A program made the position numbers and the translations under genes. DNA of 64,000 nt from an uncultured Alphaproteobacteria bacterium (GTDB lineage: Bacteria > Pseudomonadota > Alphaproteobacteria > Rhizobiales > Rhizobiaceae): assembly GCA_963839725.1 (NCBI GenBank), contig CAWIWT010000043.1:1798-65797 (forward strand), in the 5' to 3' direction. The notes under the pieces are model-generated. The model was given only the letters and a program-made list of their open reading frames with translations, did not search any database and was not told the origin of the DNA. This document shows positions 42,385 through 52,351 of the stretch, in pieces (the stretch's first letter is position 1; every line of letters starts with the position of its first letter).

Positions 42385-44393
42385 AGTGCGAGCACCAGAA
42401 GCAAAGCGACAAGAAAGAGAAAGACGAGGGTCAGGTAACGGCGGATCGTCAGGAATTGCAGATGGTTCAGCCTCTCCGTGGCAAAATCGACGGCTCCGGC
42501 AATCGGCTGGTAGAATGTCTCCCAGATCGGATCGTGCATTTCGACATGCAGGCGCGCCGCGTCCGTCGCGCCGGGCGGCGGCATCTCCACCTTTTCCACA
42601 GCACGGAATGCGAACGTGCCGAAGACGCGGCGAATGGGCTGCGCGAAGCTGACGGCGGTATATTGCGCGGATGAAACCACATCCGGAAAACCGCAGCCCC
42701 AGGCGGGACCCCGCCGCAATGCCCGCGAGGCGAAGCGGTGAATGACGAACGCCGCGAGCGATGCCGAGATCGCGATGAACATGAACACCAGCAGGCCGTT
42801 GTATGAACTGCGGCTTTCGGCGATCGGCACGATCGACAGCCAGGGTACGGCCGCCTGCACCGGCATGCGGCTGCCGAGAAGTGAGATCGTCACCGGCGAC
42901 AGGCCGTCGATTACGAGACCCGGCAGGATGCCGGCAAGTAGGCAAAGCGTCGCGAGAATGAACATCGCCACCAGCGAATAGCGATCGACCTCATGTGTCT
43001 GCTCCACCGCCGCAGTGCGTGGCCGACCGAGGAACATGATCCCGAATGCCTTGACGAAGCAGGCCGCCGCCAGCGCCGCCGAAAGCGCCAGCAGGCCGCC
43101 GATAGCGGGCACCATGACCTTGAGCCCCCATTGCGGCAGGTCGGGGCTTTGCAGAATGGCCTGGAAGGCGAGCCATTCGGAAACGAACCCGTTGAAGGGC
43201 GGGAGCGCCGAGATCGCGACGCAGCCGACGAGAAAGACGAAGCTGGTGAAGGGCATGCGGTGGACGAGACCGCCAAGCTTCTCCATGTTGCGCTCGCCGG
43301 TCGCCGTCAGGACGGCCCCCGCGCCGAAAAACAGCAGGCTCTTGAAAAAGGAGTGATTGAGGACGTGGAACAGCGCGGCGGTCAACGCCAATGCCGCGGC
43401 CAGTCCCATCGCGTTGGCCTGAAAGGCGAGCGCGAGACCAAGGCTGACGAAAATGACGCCGATGTTTTCGATCGTGCTGTAGGCGAGGAGACGCTTGATG
43501 TCCTTTTCCATCAAGGCGTAGAGGATTCCCAAAACAGCCGTGAGGCCGCCGAGGAAAAGCACGACGACGCCCGACCACCATGCCGGCGGGCCGGCAAGGT
43601 CGAAGATCACTCGGATGAAACCGTAGACGGCGACCTTGGTCATGACGCCGCTCATAAGGGCCGAAACATGGCTCGGTGCTGCCGGATGAGCGAGCGGTAG
43701 CCAGACATGCAGGGGGACGAGACCGGCCTTGGAACCCGCGCCAAGCAGCATGAGAGCCAGGACGGCGGTGGCGACGAGCGGGACGGGCTCGGCGGCGCGC
43801 ATTGCGTCGAACGTATAGTTTCCGCCTGGTCCGGCCAGCAGGCCGAAAGCCAGCAGCAGTGCCAGCGTGCCGAAGCTCGCCATCACCAGATAAATGTAGC
43901 CCGCCCTCGTATTGTCCTGTTCGCGATGGTGGGCCATGACGAGCGCCCATGAGGCAAGCGACATGAATTCCCAGGAAAGCAGGAACGTGAACGCGTCGTC
44001 GGCCAGCACGACGAGATTCATTCCCGCGAGGAAGGTGGGGAAGAATGGCAGCACCCTGTGTGGCGCGGGTTCGTGATCGCCATATCCAAGGCCGTAGAGG
44101 CTGGCCACGGCGCCGCCGAGATTGACGACTACAAGAAAAAACGTCGACAGCGCATCCAGGCGGAAATGAGCGCCGATCCACGGTAGTCCGAGCGGCAGTG
44201 TGACCGCCGATATGGAAGCCGGGTCGGCTGCAAGGCGGCTCACGACGGCCAAGAACATAACGGTCGAAATGCCGAGGGTAGAGTGATAGATCAGAGGCGT
44301 CGCCGCCCCGCGCCAGCTGACGGCAACCGCAATGACCGCGGTTCCCAAGAGTGTGGCGACACCCCACAACAGGATCGCGACACCCGAAATCAC
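42375..44393 (-). CDS. hyfB: Antiporter-like membrane subunit
   Basis: FLLSWEFMSL, KAGLVPLHVWLPLAHPAAPSHVS, KRLLAYSTIEN. Confidence 0.9.
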   Translation of the reverse strand: MISGVAILLWGVATLLGTAVIAVAVSWRGAATPLIYHSTLGISTVMFLAVVSRLAADPASISAVTLPLGLPWIGAHFRLDALSTFFLVVVNLGGAVASLYGLGYGDHEPAPHRVLPFFPTFLAGMNLVVLADDAFTFLLSWEFMSLASWALVMAHHREQDNTRAGYIYLVMASFGTLALLLAFGLLAGPGGNYTFDAMRAAEPVPLVATAVLALMLLGAGSKAGLVPLHVWLPLAHPAAPSHVSALMSGVMTKVAVYGFIRVIFDLAGPPAWWSGVVVLFLGGLTAVLGILYALMEKDIKRLLAYSTIENIGVIFVSLGLALAFQANAMGLAAALALTAALFHVLNHSFFKSLLFFGAGAVLTATGERNMEKLGGLVHRMPFTSFVFLVGCVAISALPPFNGFVSEWLAFQAILQSPDLPQWGLKVMVPAIGGLLALSAALAAACFVKAFGIMFLGRPRTAAVEQTHEVDRYSLVAMFILATLCLLAGILPGLVIDGLSPVTISLLGSRMPVQAAVPWLSIVPIAESRSSYNGLLVFMFIAISASLAAFVIHRFASRALRRGPAWGCGFPDVVSSAQYTAVSFAQPIRRVFGTFAFRAVEKVEMPPPGATDAARLHVEMHDPIWETFYQPIAGAVDFATERLNHLQFLTIRRYLTLVFLFLVALLLVLALWP

Positions 44394-44752
44394 GCCGCCG
44401 TCCTCCCGCTGACCTCGGCCTCTGCATTGTCGTCGCCAAGAATCCTGGCGGGGTCGAAGCCCGCCTTCAGTCGCACGCCACGCCCGCCGGTGACGCTGGC
44501 CGCGCCCTCCGTGATCAATTCGATACCGGCAACATCAAGCGCTCCAATCAACTTCATAAGGGAGTCGACGTTGCCTCGGATGATCGCCTCGCTGGCCTCC
44601 ATGCGCTGGATGGTCGGCAACGAAAGGCCGGACAACTCGGCGAGCCTGCGCTGGTCGATGCCGAGCAGCGCCCTTGCGGCGCGCAATTGGGGAGCTGTTA
44701 TCAAAGGTCGCCGTTGTCCGCTTTGAGACGTAAGGTCTTCTCGCTGCAGCAT
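44390..44752 (-). CDS. XRE-family HTH regulator heading the hyf-like operon
   Basis: QLRAARALLGIDQRRLAELSGLSLPTIQRME; overlaps the hyfB start. Confidence 0.85.
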   Translation of the reverse strand: MLQREDLTSQSGQRRPLITAPQLRAARALLGIDQRRLAELSGLSLPTIQRMEASEAIIRGNVDSLMKLIGALDVAGIELITEGAASVTGGRGVRLKAGFDPARILGDDNAEAEVSGRTAA

Positions 44753-45390
44753 ATGTTGAAATGTGCCATCGTCAACTACTGATGTGTGGGCCATCGCTAT
44801 CGTGCGGCGTCCAAGCCGTTGCGATCTAAAAAGGCGACAGTGGCAAACCGCCAGCACCGAGCAAGGTGCATTTGAGACTGACGTCAATTGACAAAACCGA
44901 ACGTTGCTCGGGACACAGTGGGGCTTTTTCAAAGACAAACGAGAAATGGCAGGCCAATGATCTTCCGCGACTAGTGAATGACTGCCGCGGATTGGAGTTG
45001 CCCTTCACATACTTAAAGGTCCGCAACCGGTTCAGCTCCCGACCTCTGGTATCGTCATTGCGAAGGTCAGTAACGGGACCCCAAAGCAGACGGTTGCCAG
45101 GCCTCTCGGAAGGTTCGGAAAGGGCGCACGACCACTGAGGAGATCGGTCCGCCAAATTCCCGTTTTCTCCGCCTCGACAGCCTGCTGCCCCAGGAACAGT
45201 CAGCGAGATCTCGCTGTCGCGGGTTACTTCGCGTGCCTCGGCCGTGACGTGCTGCGCTGCGCGGGGTACTATCGAATTAAAGGGTGCAGGCATCATGCGC
45301 CGGCGCCGAATTCAGCGGCCATCGAGCGGCAATTGATCAAGCTCGGCGAGGACACCAAAGCGCAATTCGTCCAGACTCGGAGGGGACCAT

Positions 45391-46491
45391 ATGAACTGCT
45401 GGAGGACGATTCTTTGCCTGTACATTGTCGTGCCCGGGCCCACTTCGGCCGGTGATGCGTGGTTGGACGACTTTTCGACGTCAGAACTAGATCGCGGCCT
45501 GTGGTGTCCCTGCCAGATAAATATGAACAGGGCCCCGGTTGAGTTTCTGCACGATCCCGATGATGCGGCCAATCAATATGCACGGATCACGGTCGACATC
45601 AATTCGCTCGGCGGCAATGTGTGCCGCAAGGCGGCGCCGGACGACGAATGTGGAAAACCCATCTCGGCATTCTCACTATCTCCTGACCGGCCTCGTGCAG
45701 TCGAAGAACCGGATGCGCCGAAGCTCCTTGCGCCAAGTTTCATCGATGAACCAAGAATGGCTCGGGTGGCGGCCATCGACACAAATGGAGACCCCTACTG
45801 TGACAGCGCAATTATCGAAAAGGCGATAGCAGCGGGCGAGGAAGGACGATGCATCCAGCGACAGGAACTGCGCTTTCAATCACAGTACACCCATCCCGCC
45901 GACGAGCCATTCACTTACAAGCTACGTTTCCGCATGCCGGCATTTATTCAGGACACGAAGAACTCGGTCCGTTGGGTGACCGCGCAGTGGAAACAAGAGC
46001 CTATCAGCCCCGCCTACAACGACCCCAGTCCGGTGTTGGCCCAACGCTTCGACGACGGCGTGCTGCATGTGACCGTTCAAGACGAAGATTGCCGGTGCCG
46101 AGTGGCGTCTGCACCGATGCCTGACGGCTCAATCTGGCCTGCCAGATCCGAGGTTGCACATGACTGCATATCAACTCGGTTAGGCGATCCTGAGAACACA
46201 GCGTGCACACCGCACCTTTCTCTCGAATACGGTGCGGATCCCGTTCTGCCCTCTGCGCGCGGAGCGTGGGTGGACATGCAATACAGGGTGCAGATGAGTC
46301 GGTCGAAGACCGCAGCAATCGAGATCTATGCTAATGGCCGATTCATCGTGAGGGTCACCGGAAAGATCGGCTATGAACCGGCGCCCGGCAAGATATCGCT
46401 GACCAAATTCAAGATCGGCCACTATCGCGATTACCTGCCTTCTGTCGATACCATGGACATCGACCGGGTTGAGGTTGAGCGGTCCGACTAG
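45391..46491 (+). CDS. Secreted polysaccharide-lyase-like (beta-jelly-roll) protein
   Basis: Signal-like N-terminus; QRQELR, YKLRFRMP, VTAQWKQ, FKIGHYR. Confidence 0.55.
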   Translation: MNCWRTILCLYIVVPGPTSAGDAWLDDFSTSELDRGLWCPCQINMNRAPVEFLHDPDDAANQYARITVDINSLGGNVCRKAAPDDECGKPISAFSLSPDRPRAVEEPDAPKLLAPSFIDEPRMARVAAIDTNGDPYCDSAIIEKAIAAGEEGRCIQRQELRFQSQYTHPADEPFTYKLRFRMPAFIQDTKNSVRWVTAQWKQEPISPAYNDPSPVLAQRFDDGVLHVTVQDEDCRCRVASAPMPDGSIWPARSEVAHDCISTRLGDPENTACTPHLSLEYGADPVLPSARGAWVDMQYRVQMSRSKTAAIEIYANGRFIVRVTGKIGYEPAPGKISLTKFKIGHYRDYLPSVDTMDIDRVEVERSD

Positions 46492-46878
46492 CCTGCCGGC
46501 TCTTGGCCCTCAACGCCTGAGGAAGGCTTTCGAAAGAGAGGCATACGGTAAAGATATTCGTGCGCCCTGGTCACTGAGCCGTACTATTCGTCCATGGCGG
46601 ACCGGAAGGATGCCCGTCGCGTCTGCTTTTGCGCTTTCGGACAGGCACTTTGAAGGGCTGCAAGGCGGCGCATTGCAGCCGCGCGTGAGTTCGTGTTTTG
46701 CAGCGTCAACTTGCAGTTTAATCGCGCATAGCTCCTTCCCACCACCTCGCTAGCTCACTGGATCGAAGTACGAGGGGCTGAATTGGATTGCATTTGTCTT
46801 GATGGCTTCGAATGCCATTGGATCCGAAGTTTATATAATTTCTTGTCGCATCAGCCCGAGCAGCACTAAAAGGGTTGC

Positions 46879-47637
46879 ATGAGTTCCATTGCGCTCGGCT
46901 TCGTTGCATTTGGCTGCCTATTTTCAGCGGCTCTCGTTGGCGTATTCGCACAATACCGGCTGCCGGACGAGCATTTAGCTTCAGAGTCAAAGGATGCCAT
47001 AAAACTTGCGACAGCTGTGATTGGAACGCTGTCAGCGCTCGCGCTGGGCTTGCTGATCTCGTCCGCAAAATCCGCGCATGAGACAGCAGAGGGCGAGGTC
47101 AGGACCGCAGCGGCACACCTTGTGTTGATTGATCGAGTGCTTGCTCGCTATGGAGCCGAGACGGGCCCCGCTCGTCAGATAGTTCGCGAACTTGTTAGCC
47201 AGCGTCTCCAGCAAAGCTGGGGCGACACGGGAAATGTCGCACCTCCCGAAGTTGCGTTCGGTGAGGGTGGGATCGAGCAGATGCAAGAGTTTCTGCGCAC
47301 CTTGACGCCTGCTACGGAAAGCCAAAAATTATTGAGAGGCCAGGCGCTGGAGCTCAGTAACAAGATCGCGGAAGACAACTGGGCAATGATGGAAGCTGAA
47401 GATGAAGGCCTCCCGGCAGCGTTTCTAATAATATTGATACTTTGGCTGAGCCTGCTGTTTGCAACTTTTGGGCTGCTAGCGCCGCGAAATGTGACAGTTG
47501 TGGGGGTCCTGTGCTTGTCCTCCTTGTCAGTTGCAGCAGCGATCTATTTGATCGCGGATATGTCCCACCCCTACCTAGGCCTCATTACAATCTCAGACGT
47601 GCCGTTGAAAACGGCACTGAACGTTATCGGCAAATAG
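46879..47637 (+). CDS. Membrane protein, DUF4239-like
   Basis: Four TM segments, LSALALGLLISSA, DMSHPYLG. Confidence 0.6.
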   Translation: MSSIALGFVAFGCLFSAALVGVFAQYRLPDEHLASESKDAIKLATAVIGTLSALALGLLISSAKSAHETAEGEVRTAAAHLVLIDRVLARYGAETGPARQIVRELVSQRLQQSWGDTGNVAPPEVAFGEGGIEQMQEFLRTLTPATESQKLLRGQALELSNKIAEDNWAMMEAEDEGLPAAFLIILILWLSLLFATFGLLAPRNVTVVGVLCLSSLSVAAAIYLIADMSHPYLGLITISDVPLKTALNVIGK

Positions 47638-47936
47638 TCCAGGTCATTCCGCAACTTCAAGGTCGGTACTATGCAGGCTCGTTGAGCGAAGTGTCCCGCA
47701 TGTTCGTCGTATCAAATCTTAGGCGGCAGCGATGTCCGCTTCGGGCTCGCGCATCTCATCGCTTGTATGACCGCTATGCGGCGCAAAGCTGCCCACCACT
47801 TCGCGGCGGGCGCAAGTCAGCTACCGGGCCGCAAGCAGACTAGCAGCTTATGGCAATCAAGAGGTGAGAGCGGACGTTCTGACGATAAAGCATCGGCTCC
47901 GTTCCTTGGAGCAAAGGGAACTGGCTAACAAGTTTG

Positions 47937-49364
47937 TCACCTACTCACTGGCTTTGATGCTGGCGCGATATTTTGGTTAAAGCGGAAGACATTGTCGGGA
48001 TCGTACTTCGCCTTGATGGCGGCCAACCGTTCGAAATTATCGCCGTAGGTTTGCCGCACCAGTCTCTCACCATCGTCTCCCATTCCAGGAAAGCTGAGAT
48101 AGATGCGGCCATCCTGGGAGTGGGGCATCATTCGTTGCCAGAAGTTCCGAGTCCAGGTGATGTTCGCTTCATCATCGCCGGCATCGCGCCAGATGGAATC
48201 GATGGAAAACATGTAGGGCATCGATCTGTCGCCGAAGGCTGTGTCTGAAGCACCGACACGAGCCGTTGCGCCACCGAAATTCCAGATCGAAGACAGGGTG
48301 TTGGGCGACGGCGGGCTGGCGTTACCCTCGAGGATCAAGTCGATTACGTTGTCGCCAAGGCCACTGAGATAGTGACTTTTCCAGTAACAGCGGAACCCAC
48401 CGAAGGGGATGAGCGTGTCGAACAACTTCTGTACCGCGCAATAGTCTATCTGATCCGAGAAGTCGGCCACGAGGTCTCCCTGCTCGCGCAATGGCTGCAG
48501 GAGGGCTTCACCCTCGGCGGCATCCCCGGCATACACCGCAGCAATCGTGTAAACACGCTTTCCCCATGCGGAAGTTGGGAATGCTGCGTCATGCGGAACG
48601 GTTGAAAATTCCACCAGCGAGCCCACGCGGTCGTTCTTGTCGGCAAGAAAGTCGCGCCAGAAGCGGATCGGTCCGCTCCCCGCTTCAATGGGATAGATCG
48701 GCGCACAGAACATCACTTTTGGACCGACCGGGTGTAAGGCGAATTCAAACGACGTCACCACCCCGAAGTTGCCGCCACCGCCTTTCAGTGCCCACAACAG
48801 GTCGGCGTTTTCATTCGCGCTGGCATGTACGATGCTGCCGTTGGCGACAACGACGTCGGCGGAGACAAGATTGTCGATGCAAAGACCATGACGGCTTCGG
48901 AGCCAGCCGATACCGCCGCTGAGCGTCAGTCCGGCAACCCCCGTATCCGAAATCAATCCACCGGGCGTCGCAAGTCCGAAGGCCTGTGTCTCGTGGTCTA
49001 CATCGCCCCATGTTGCACCGCCGCCAACCCAGGCTGATCCCCGCTGAGCGTCAACCCGCACATCATGCATACGAGAGAGATCAATCATGACGCTGCCGGC
49101 GCCGACAGCGTGTCCAGCGACATTGTGGCCGCCACCACGGATCGATACCGCCAAACCGTGATCGCGAGCAAAGTTTACGGCCGTGGCAACGTCGGCCGCT
49201 CCGCTGGCCCGAACAATGACAGCGGGGCGCCTGTCTATCATAGCGTTCCAGACAGCACGGGCGGCATCATATTCCGTATCACCGGATACAATGACCTTTC
49301 CTCGAACCGAACTGCGCAAGCGCTGCAAAGCGGCTTCGGGAACTTGCCGCAAGGAACCGTCCAT
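47937..49364 (-). CDS. FAD-linked oxidase (VAO/berberine-bridge type)
   Basis: RGGGHNVAG, TGVAGLTLSGGIG, GGGGNFGVVT, KAKYDPDNVF. Confidence 0.9.
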   Translation of the reverse strand: MDGSLRQVPEAALQRLRSSVRGKVIVSGDTEYDAARAVWNAMIDRRPAVIVRASGAADVATAVNFARDHGLAVSIRGGGHNVAGHAVGAGSVMIDLSRMHDVRVDAQRGSAWVGGGATWGDVDHETQAFGLATPGGLISDTGVAGLTLSGGIGWLRSRHGLCIDNLVSADVVVANGSIVHASANENADLLWALKGGGGNFGVVTSFEFALHPVGPKVMFCAPIYPIEAGSGPIRFWRDFLADKNDRVGSLVEFSTVPHDAAFPTSAWGKRVYTIAAVYAGDAAEGEALLQPLREQGDLVADFSDQIDYCAVQKLFDTLIPFGGFRCYWKSHYLSGLGDNVIDLILEGNASPPSPNTLSSIWNFGGATARVGASDTAFGDRSMPYMFSIDSIWRDAGDDEANITWTRNFWQRMMPHSQDGRIYLSFPGMGDDGERLVRQTYGDNFERLAAIKAKYDPDNVFRFNQNIAPASKPVSR

Positions 49365-49488
49365 TATCTGCCTCCGCTGATCCGGCGAACTTGCCGCTTG
49401 CAAAGATTAGCTTGAAGGTACAACTCTGCCAGAGACGGATTGCAGCAAAACAGGGCAAATGTGACAGCGCCAGACCGGAAGGCTCCAA

Positions 49489-50514
49489 ATGTCAGTGATC
49501 AGAGCCAAGCCCATCGTTGCGCTTCTCGCGGCAGCCGAAACATCGGCGTCGGTTCTGTATGGACTCTACGACGTGCTTTTTTCGGTCGGAATAGCCTATC
49601 CTGACATGACTACCGGCGAGACAGGCGACGCGCTGCTCGATGTGAAAATTGTAGCCGCCGAGAAGGCGCCTTTCCGGTGCTTCGGCAATATCCTCGTAGA
49701 GCCGCACGCTGCCATTGGAGAAGTCGATCGGGTCGATGTTGCCGTTGTCTGTGACATGTACACACCAACCGACACCGTTCCGAACGGCCGTTACCTGCGC
49801 GAGATCAGTTGGCTCAAGCGCATGCATGCGAGCGGGTCGCTCGTTGGGTCGGTTTGCACAGGTTCCTTGATGCTGGCGGATGCCGGACTTCTGGACGGCC
49901 GCGAATGTGCGGCGCATTGGGCCTATCGAGATCTCATTCGCGAACACTATGCCAAGGTAAAGTTCAACGAACGATCGATCCTCAACCTTACGGCAGAAGC
50001 CGAGGGCATAGTTACCGCAGGCGGCGTCACTGCCTGGCAGGACCTTGCCCTTCACCTCATTGCTCGACTTTGCGGCAAGGGACACGCGATAAAGACTGCC
50101 AAAGTCCATCTTTTGGCGGGACACGAAGACGGACAATTGCCTTTCTCGGCAATGAATCGGCAAATCCAGAAAGGCGACGCGCTTATCGGCCGATGCCAAG
50201 AGTGGATTGCCGACAACTACTCGAGTTTGAATCCTGTCGCGGCAATGGCGAAACAATCAGGTCTCCAACAACGGACATTCGGTCGTCGTTTCCGGTCGGC
50301 TACTGGGTATCTGCCCATCGAGTACGTTCACGCGCTTCGTATCGAGGAAGCCAAGCAGATGTTCGAAACAGAAAGCGTGGCTATTGAAGAGGTCGGGTAC
50401 AAGGTCGGGTACGAGGATCCGAGCTTTTTCAGGCGCCTTTTTAAGCGAAAGACAGGGCTAACACCGGCCGCCTACCGGCGGAAATTTCCGGCGTTTCAGA
50501 GGCCGCATATGTGA
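49489..50514 (+). CDS. GlxA-family (DJ-1 + AraC) regulator, divergent from the oxidase
   Basis: SVCTGSLMLADAGLLDG, HW, C-terminal HTH VGYEDPSFFRRLFKR. Confidence 0.88.
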   Translation: MSVIRAKPIVALLAAAETSASVLYGLYDVLFSVGIAYPDMTTGETGDALLDVKIVAAEKAPFRCFGNILVEPHAAIGEVDRVDVAVVCDMYTPTDTVPNGRYLREISWLKRMHASGSLVGSVCTGSLMLADAGLLDGRECAAHWAYRDLIREHYAKVKFNERSILNLTAEAEGIVTAGGVTAWQDLALHLIARLCGKGHAIKTAKVHLLAGHEDGQLPFSAMNRQIQKGDALIGRCQEWIADNYSSLNPVAAMAKQSGLQQRTFGRRFRSATGYLPIEYVHALRIEEAKQMFETESVAIEEVGYKVGYEDPSFFRRLFKRKTGLTPAAYRRKFPAFQRPHM

Positions 50515-51059
50515 AATTGATTGAGCATCGGAGGGATTGGCTTCAACTCAACTTTTTCGTAGCGGATCAGTCTCCAACGTCGGCTTATGGCGCGCAACGT
50601 CTGCTTTTGGGCAGTGGCAAAGGCGCATTGAACGGCCGATTTGCGGCCTCGTTCGCTTGTGAGAGAGTGAGCGACCGCTATCGGCGGATAAGTTGAAAAA
50701 GTCGTTGTTGCTGTCGGTTTGAAGTCCTGATTCAGTGTTTCCGTGATCTGGAGGGCATGCCGATGATAGTGAGCGGACAGTGATGCGGGGAACGCTGTTC
50801 TGCGAGTTCAGCATCGAGGGTCATGTGCCTGCCGACCATCCGCTTCGTCGACCTGTCCGGTCTGCGCTCCCATCTGCGGCCATTCTATAGCGAGATCGGC
50901 AGGCCTTCGATCGATCCGGAACTGATGATCCGGATGCTGATCGTAGGCTACTGCTTCGGCATCCGCTCGGAGCGGCGGCTGTGCGAACAGGTCCATCTCA
51001 ATCTCGCCTATCGTTGGTTTCTTTAGGCGGGCATGTGTCAACCTCTTTCTCTGTCGGGG

Positions 51060-51225
51060 TAGAACGAAGCGGCCGGACGAGTTCAGGCTTCTTTGCGTGC
51101 TCGGCACCGACGGTGCCGGCGGACAGGATGGGTTGAGAAGGATCGAACGGCCTAGCTCTGCCTCGCGATCGGACGGCGAATGCCGAACCGTCGCAACCAG
51201 CGATACGGGCTCGTCCGACCCTCGC
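51060..51225 (-). ncRNA. Predicted bridge/seek RNA of the IS1111-type element (boundaries approximate)
   Basis: Closing stem CGGACGAG/CTCGTCCG encloses two internal loops whose strands match the target and donor junctions (see findings). Confidence 0.75.
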
Positions 51226-51295
51226 ACCCTCCCGGGCGCTCCGCTCCGCCGCGACGGCGGAACCTAAAGGTTCGATTGCTACATCGCGCTGGTCG

Positions 51296-52351
51296 CTACG
51301 CTGCGACTGCGGTGGTCGATCCGGCAGCACCTGACCAGCGGAATTCGGTGCCATCGGTCCACATTCGATGCATGATGACGGCGAGCCTGCGGGCGAGAGC
51401 CACCTTCGCGACTTTCACGTTGCCTCGCTTCGCCAGCCGCATGGCCCATGACCTCAGAGAGGACCAGGAACCGTGATGGAAAAGAACGTGAGCTGCCTGG
51501 TAAAGGGCGGTGCGGACCATCTCATCACCACAGCGGCTGATGCGGCCGTCGAAGTCTGTCTGTCCGGAGCTGTAGCGCTTCGGCGTCAAGCCGAAGTGCG
51601 CTCCGACATCTCTTGATCTGGAAAATCGCTCAGGTGCGTCGACGCCGGTACGATAGGTCAGCGCCACAACTACTCCGACGCCGGGTATCGTCATCAGCCG
51701 ACGACAAACTGGATCGCGCCGCGCCAGCTGTCGGCACATACGATCGAGGCACTCAAATGCTTCGATCATCGTCTGGCGAACGCGCAGCATAGGCTCTGTG
51801 ATCGCTGATAGGATCGGGTGATCCGCTACGAGCTCCAGGACGCGCTCCTCGAACGCCCGGCGCGTGACGATTCCGATCCGAAGCCCGAACACCTTCAGCG
51901 ACCCACGCACGGCGTTCTCGATGTCGTGCGCCTTATTCAAGAGTTGCTGGCGATTGACCAGCGCCATGCGAACTTGCTGCGCTTCCTCGCTCTTGATGTG
52001 GACCTGCCTAAACCATCCAAGTCGGAGAAGGTGAGCGATACCTCGCGCGTCGTTGCGGTCAGTCTTGTTCCTCATCGCGCTGAGACCTGCCTTCACATGC
52101 CGACATTCGAGACAGATTGCTGGATATCCAGCTTCTCGCAGCGCGCTATAAATCCATGCCGACGTTGGGCCAGCTTCCAAGCCGACGCGCTTGAAAGGTT
52201 GACCGAACCTCCTCAGCAGATCCGTGATAACCGTCGGCTCGGCTTCTACCTTCCGTTCGAGCAAGACGTCTCCGGTGTCATTGACGATGCAGACGTTCAC
52301 CGTATCCAGTGACACATCCAGGCCAGCAAAATAGTCCATCATCCTCTCCAT
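51296..52351 (-). CDS. IS110-family DEDD recombinase/transposase, intact
   Basis: GLDVS, GLEAG, KTDRNDA (DEDD); FGLTPKRYSSG (Tnp-domain serine); ISRCGD. Confidence 0.95.
   Translation of the reverse strand: MERMMDYFAGLDVSLDTVNVCIVNDTGDVLLERKVEAEPTVITDLLRRFGQPFKRVGLEAGPTSAWIYSALREAGYPAICLECRHVKAGLSAMRNKTDRNDARGIAHLLRLGWFRQVHIKSEEAQQVRMALVNRQQLLNKAHDIENAVRGSLKVFGLRIGIVTRRAFEERVLELVADHPILSAITEPMLRVRQTMIEAFECLDRMCRQLARRDPVCRRLMTIPGVGVVVALTYRTGVDAPERFSRSRDVGAHFGLTPKRYSSGQTDFDGRISRCGDEMVRTALYQAAHVLFHHGSWSSLRSWAMRLAKRGNVKVAKVALARRLAVIMHRMWTDGTEFRWSGAAGSTTAVAA

Noticed and set aside
41428-42945. 505-aa version of hyfC
   Set aside because: The N-terminal extension is an alternative frame of hyfB; the real start is ATG 42384.
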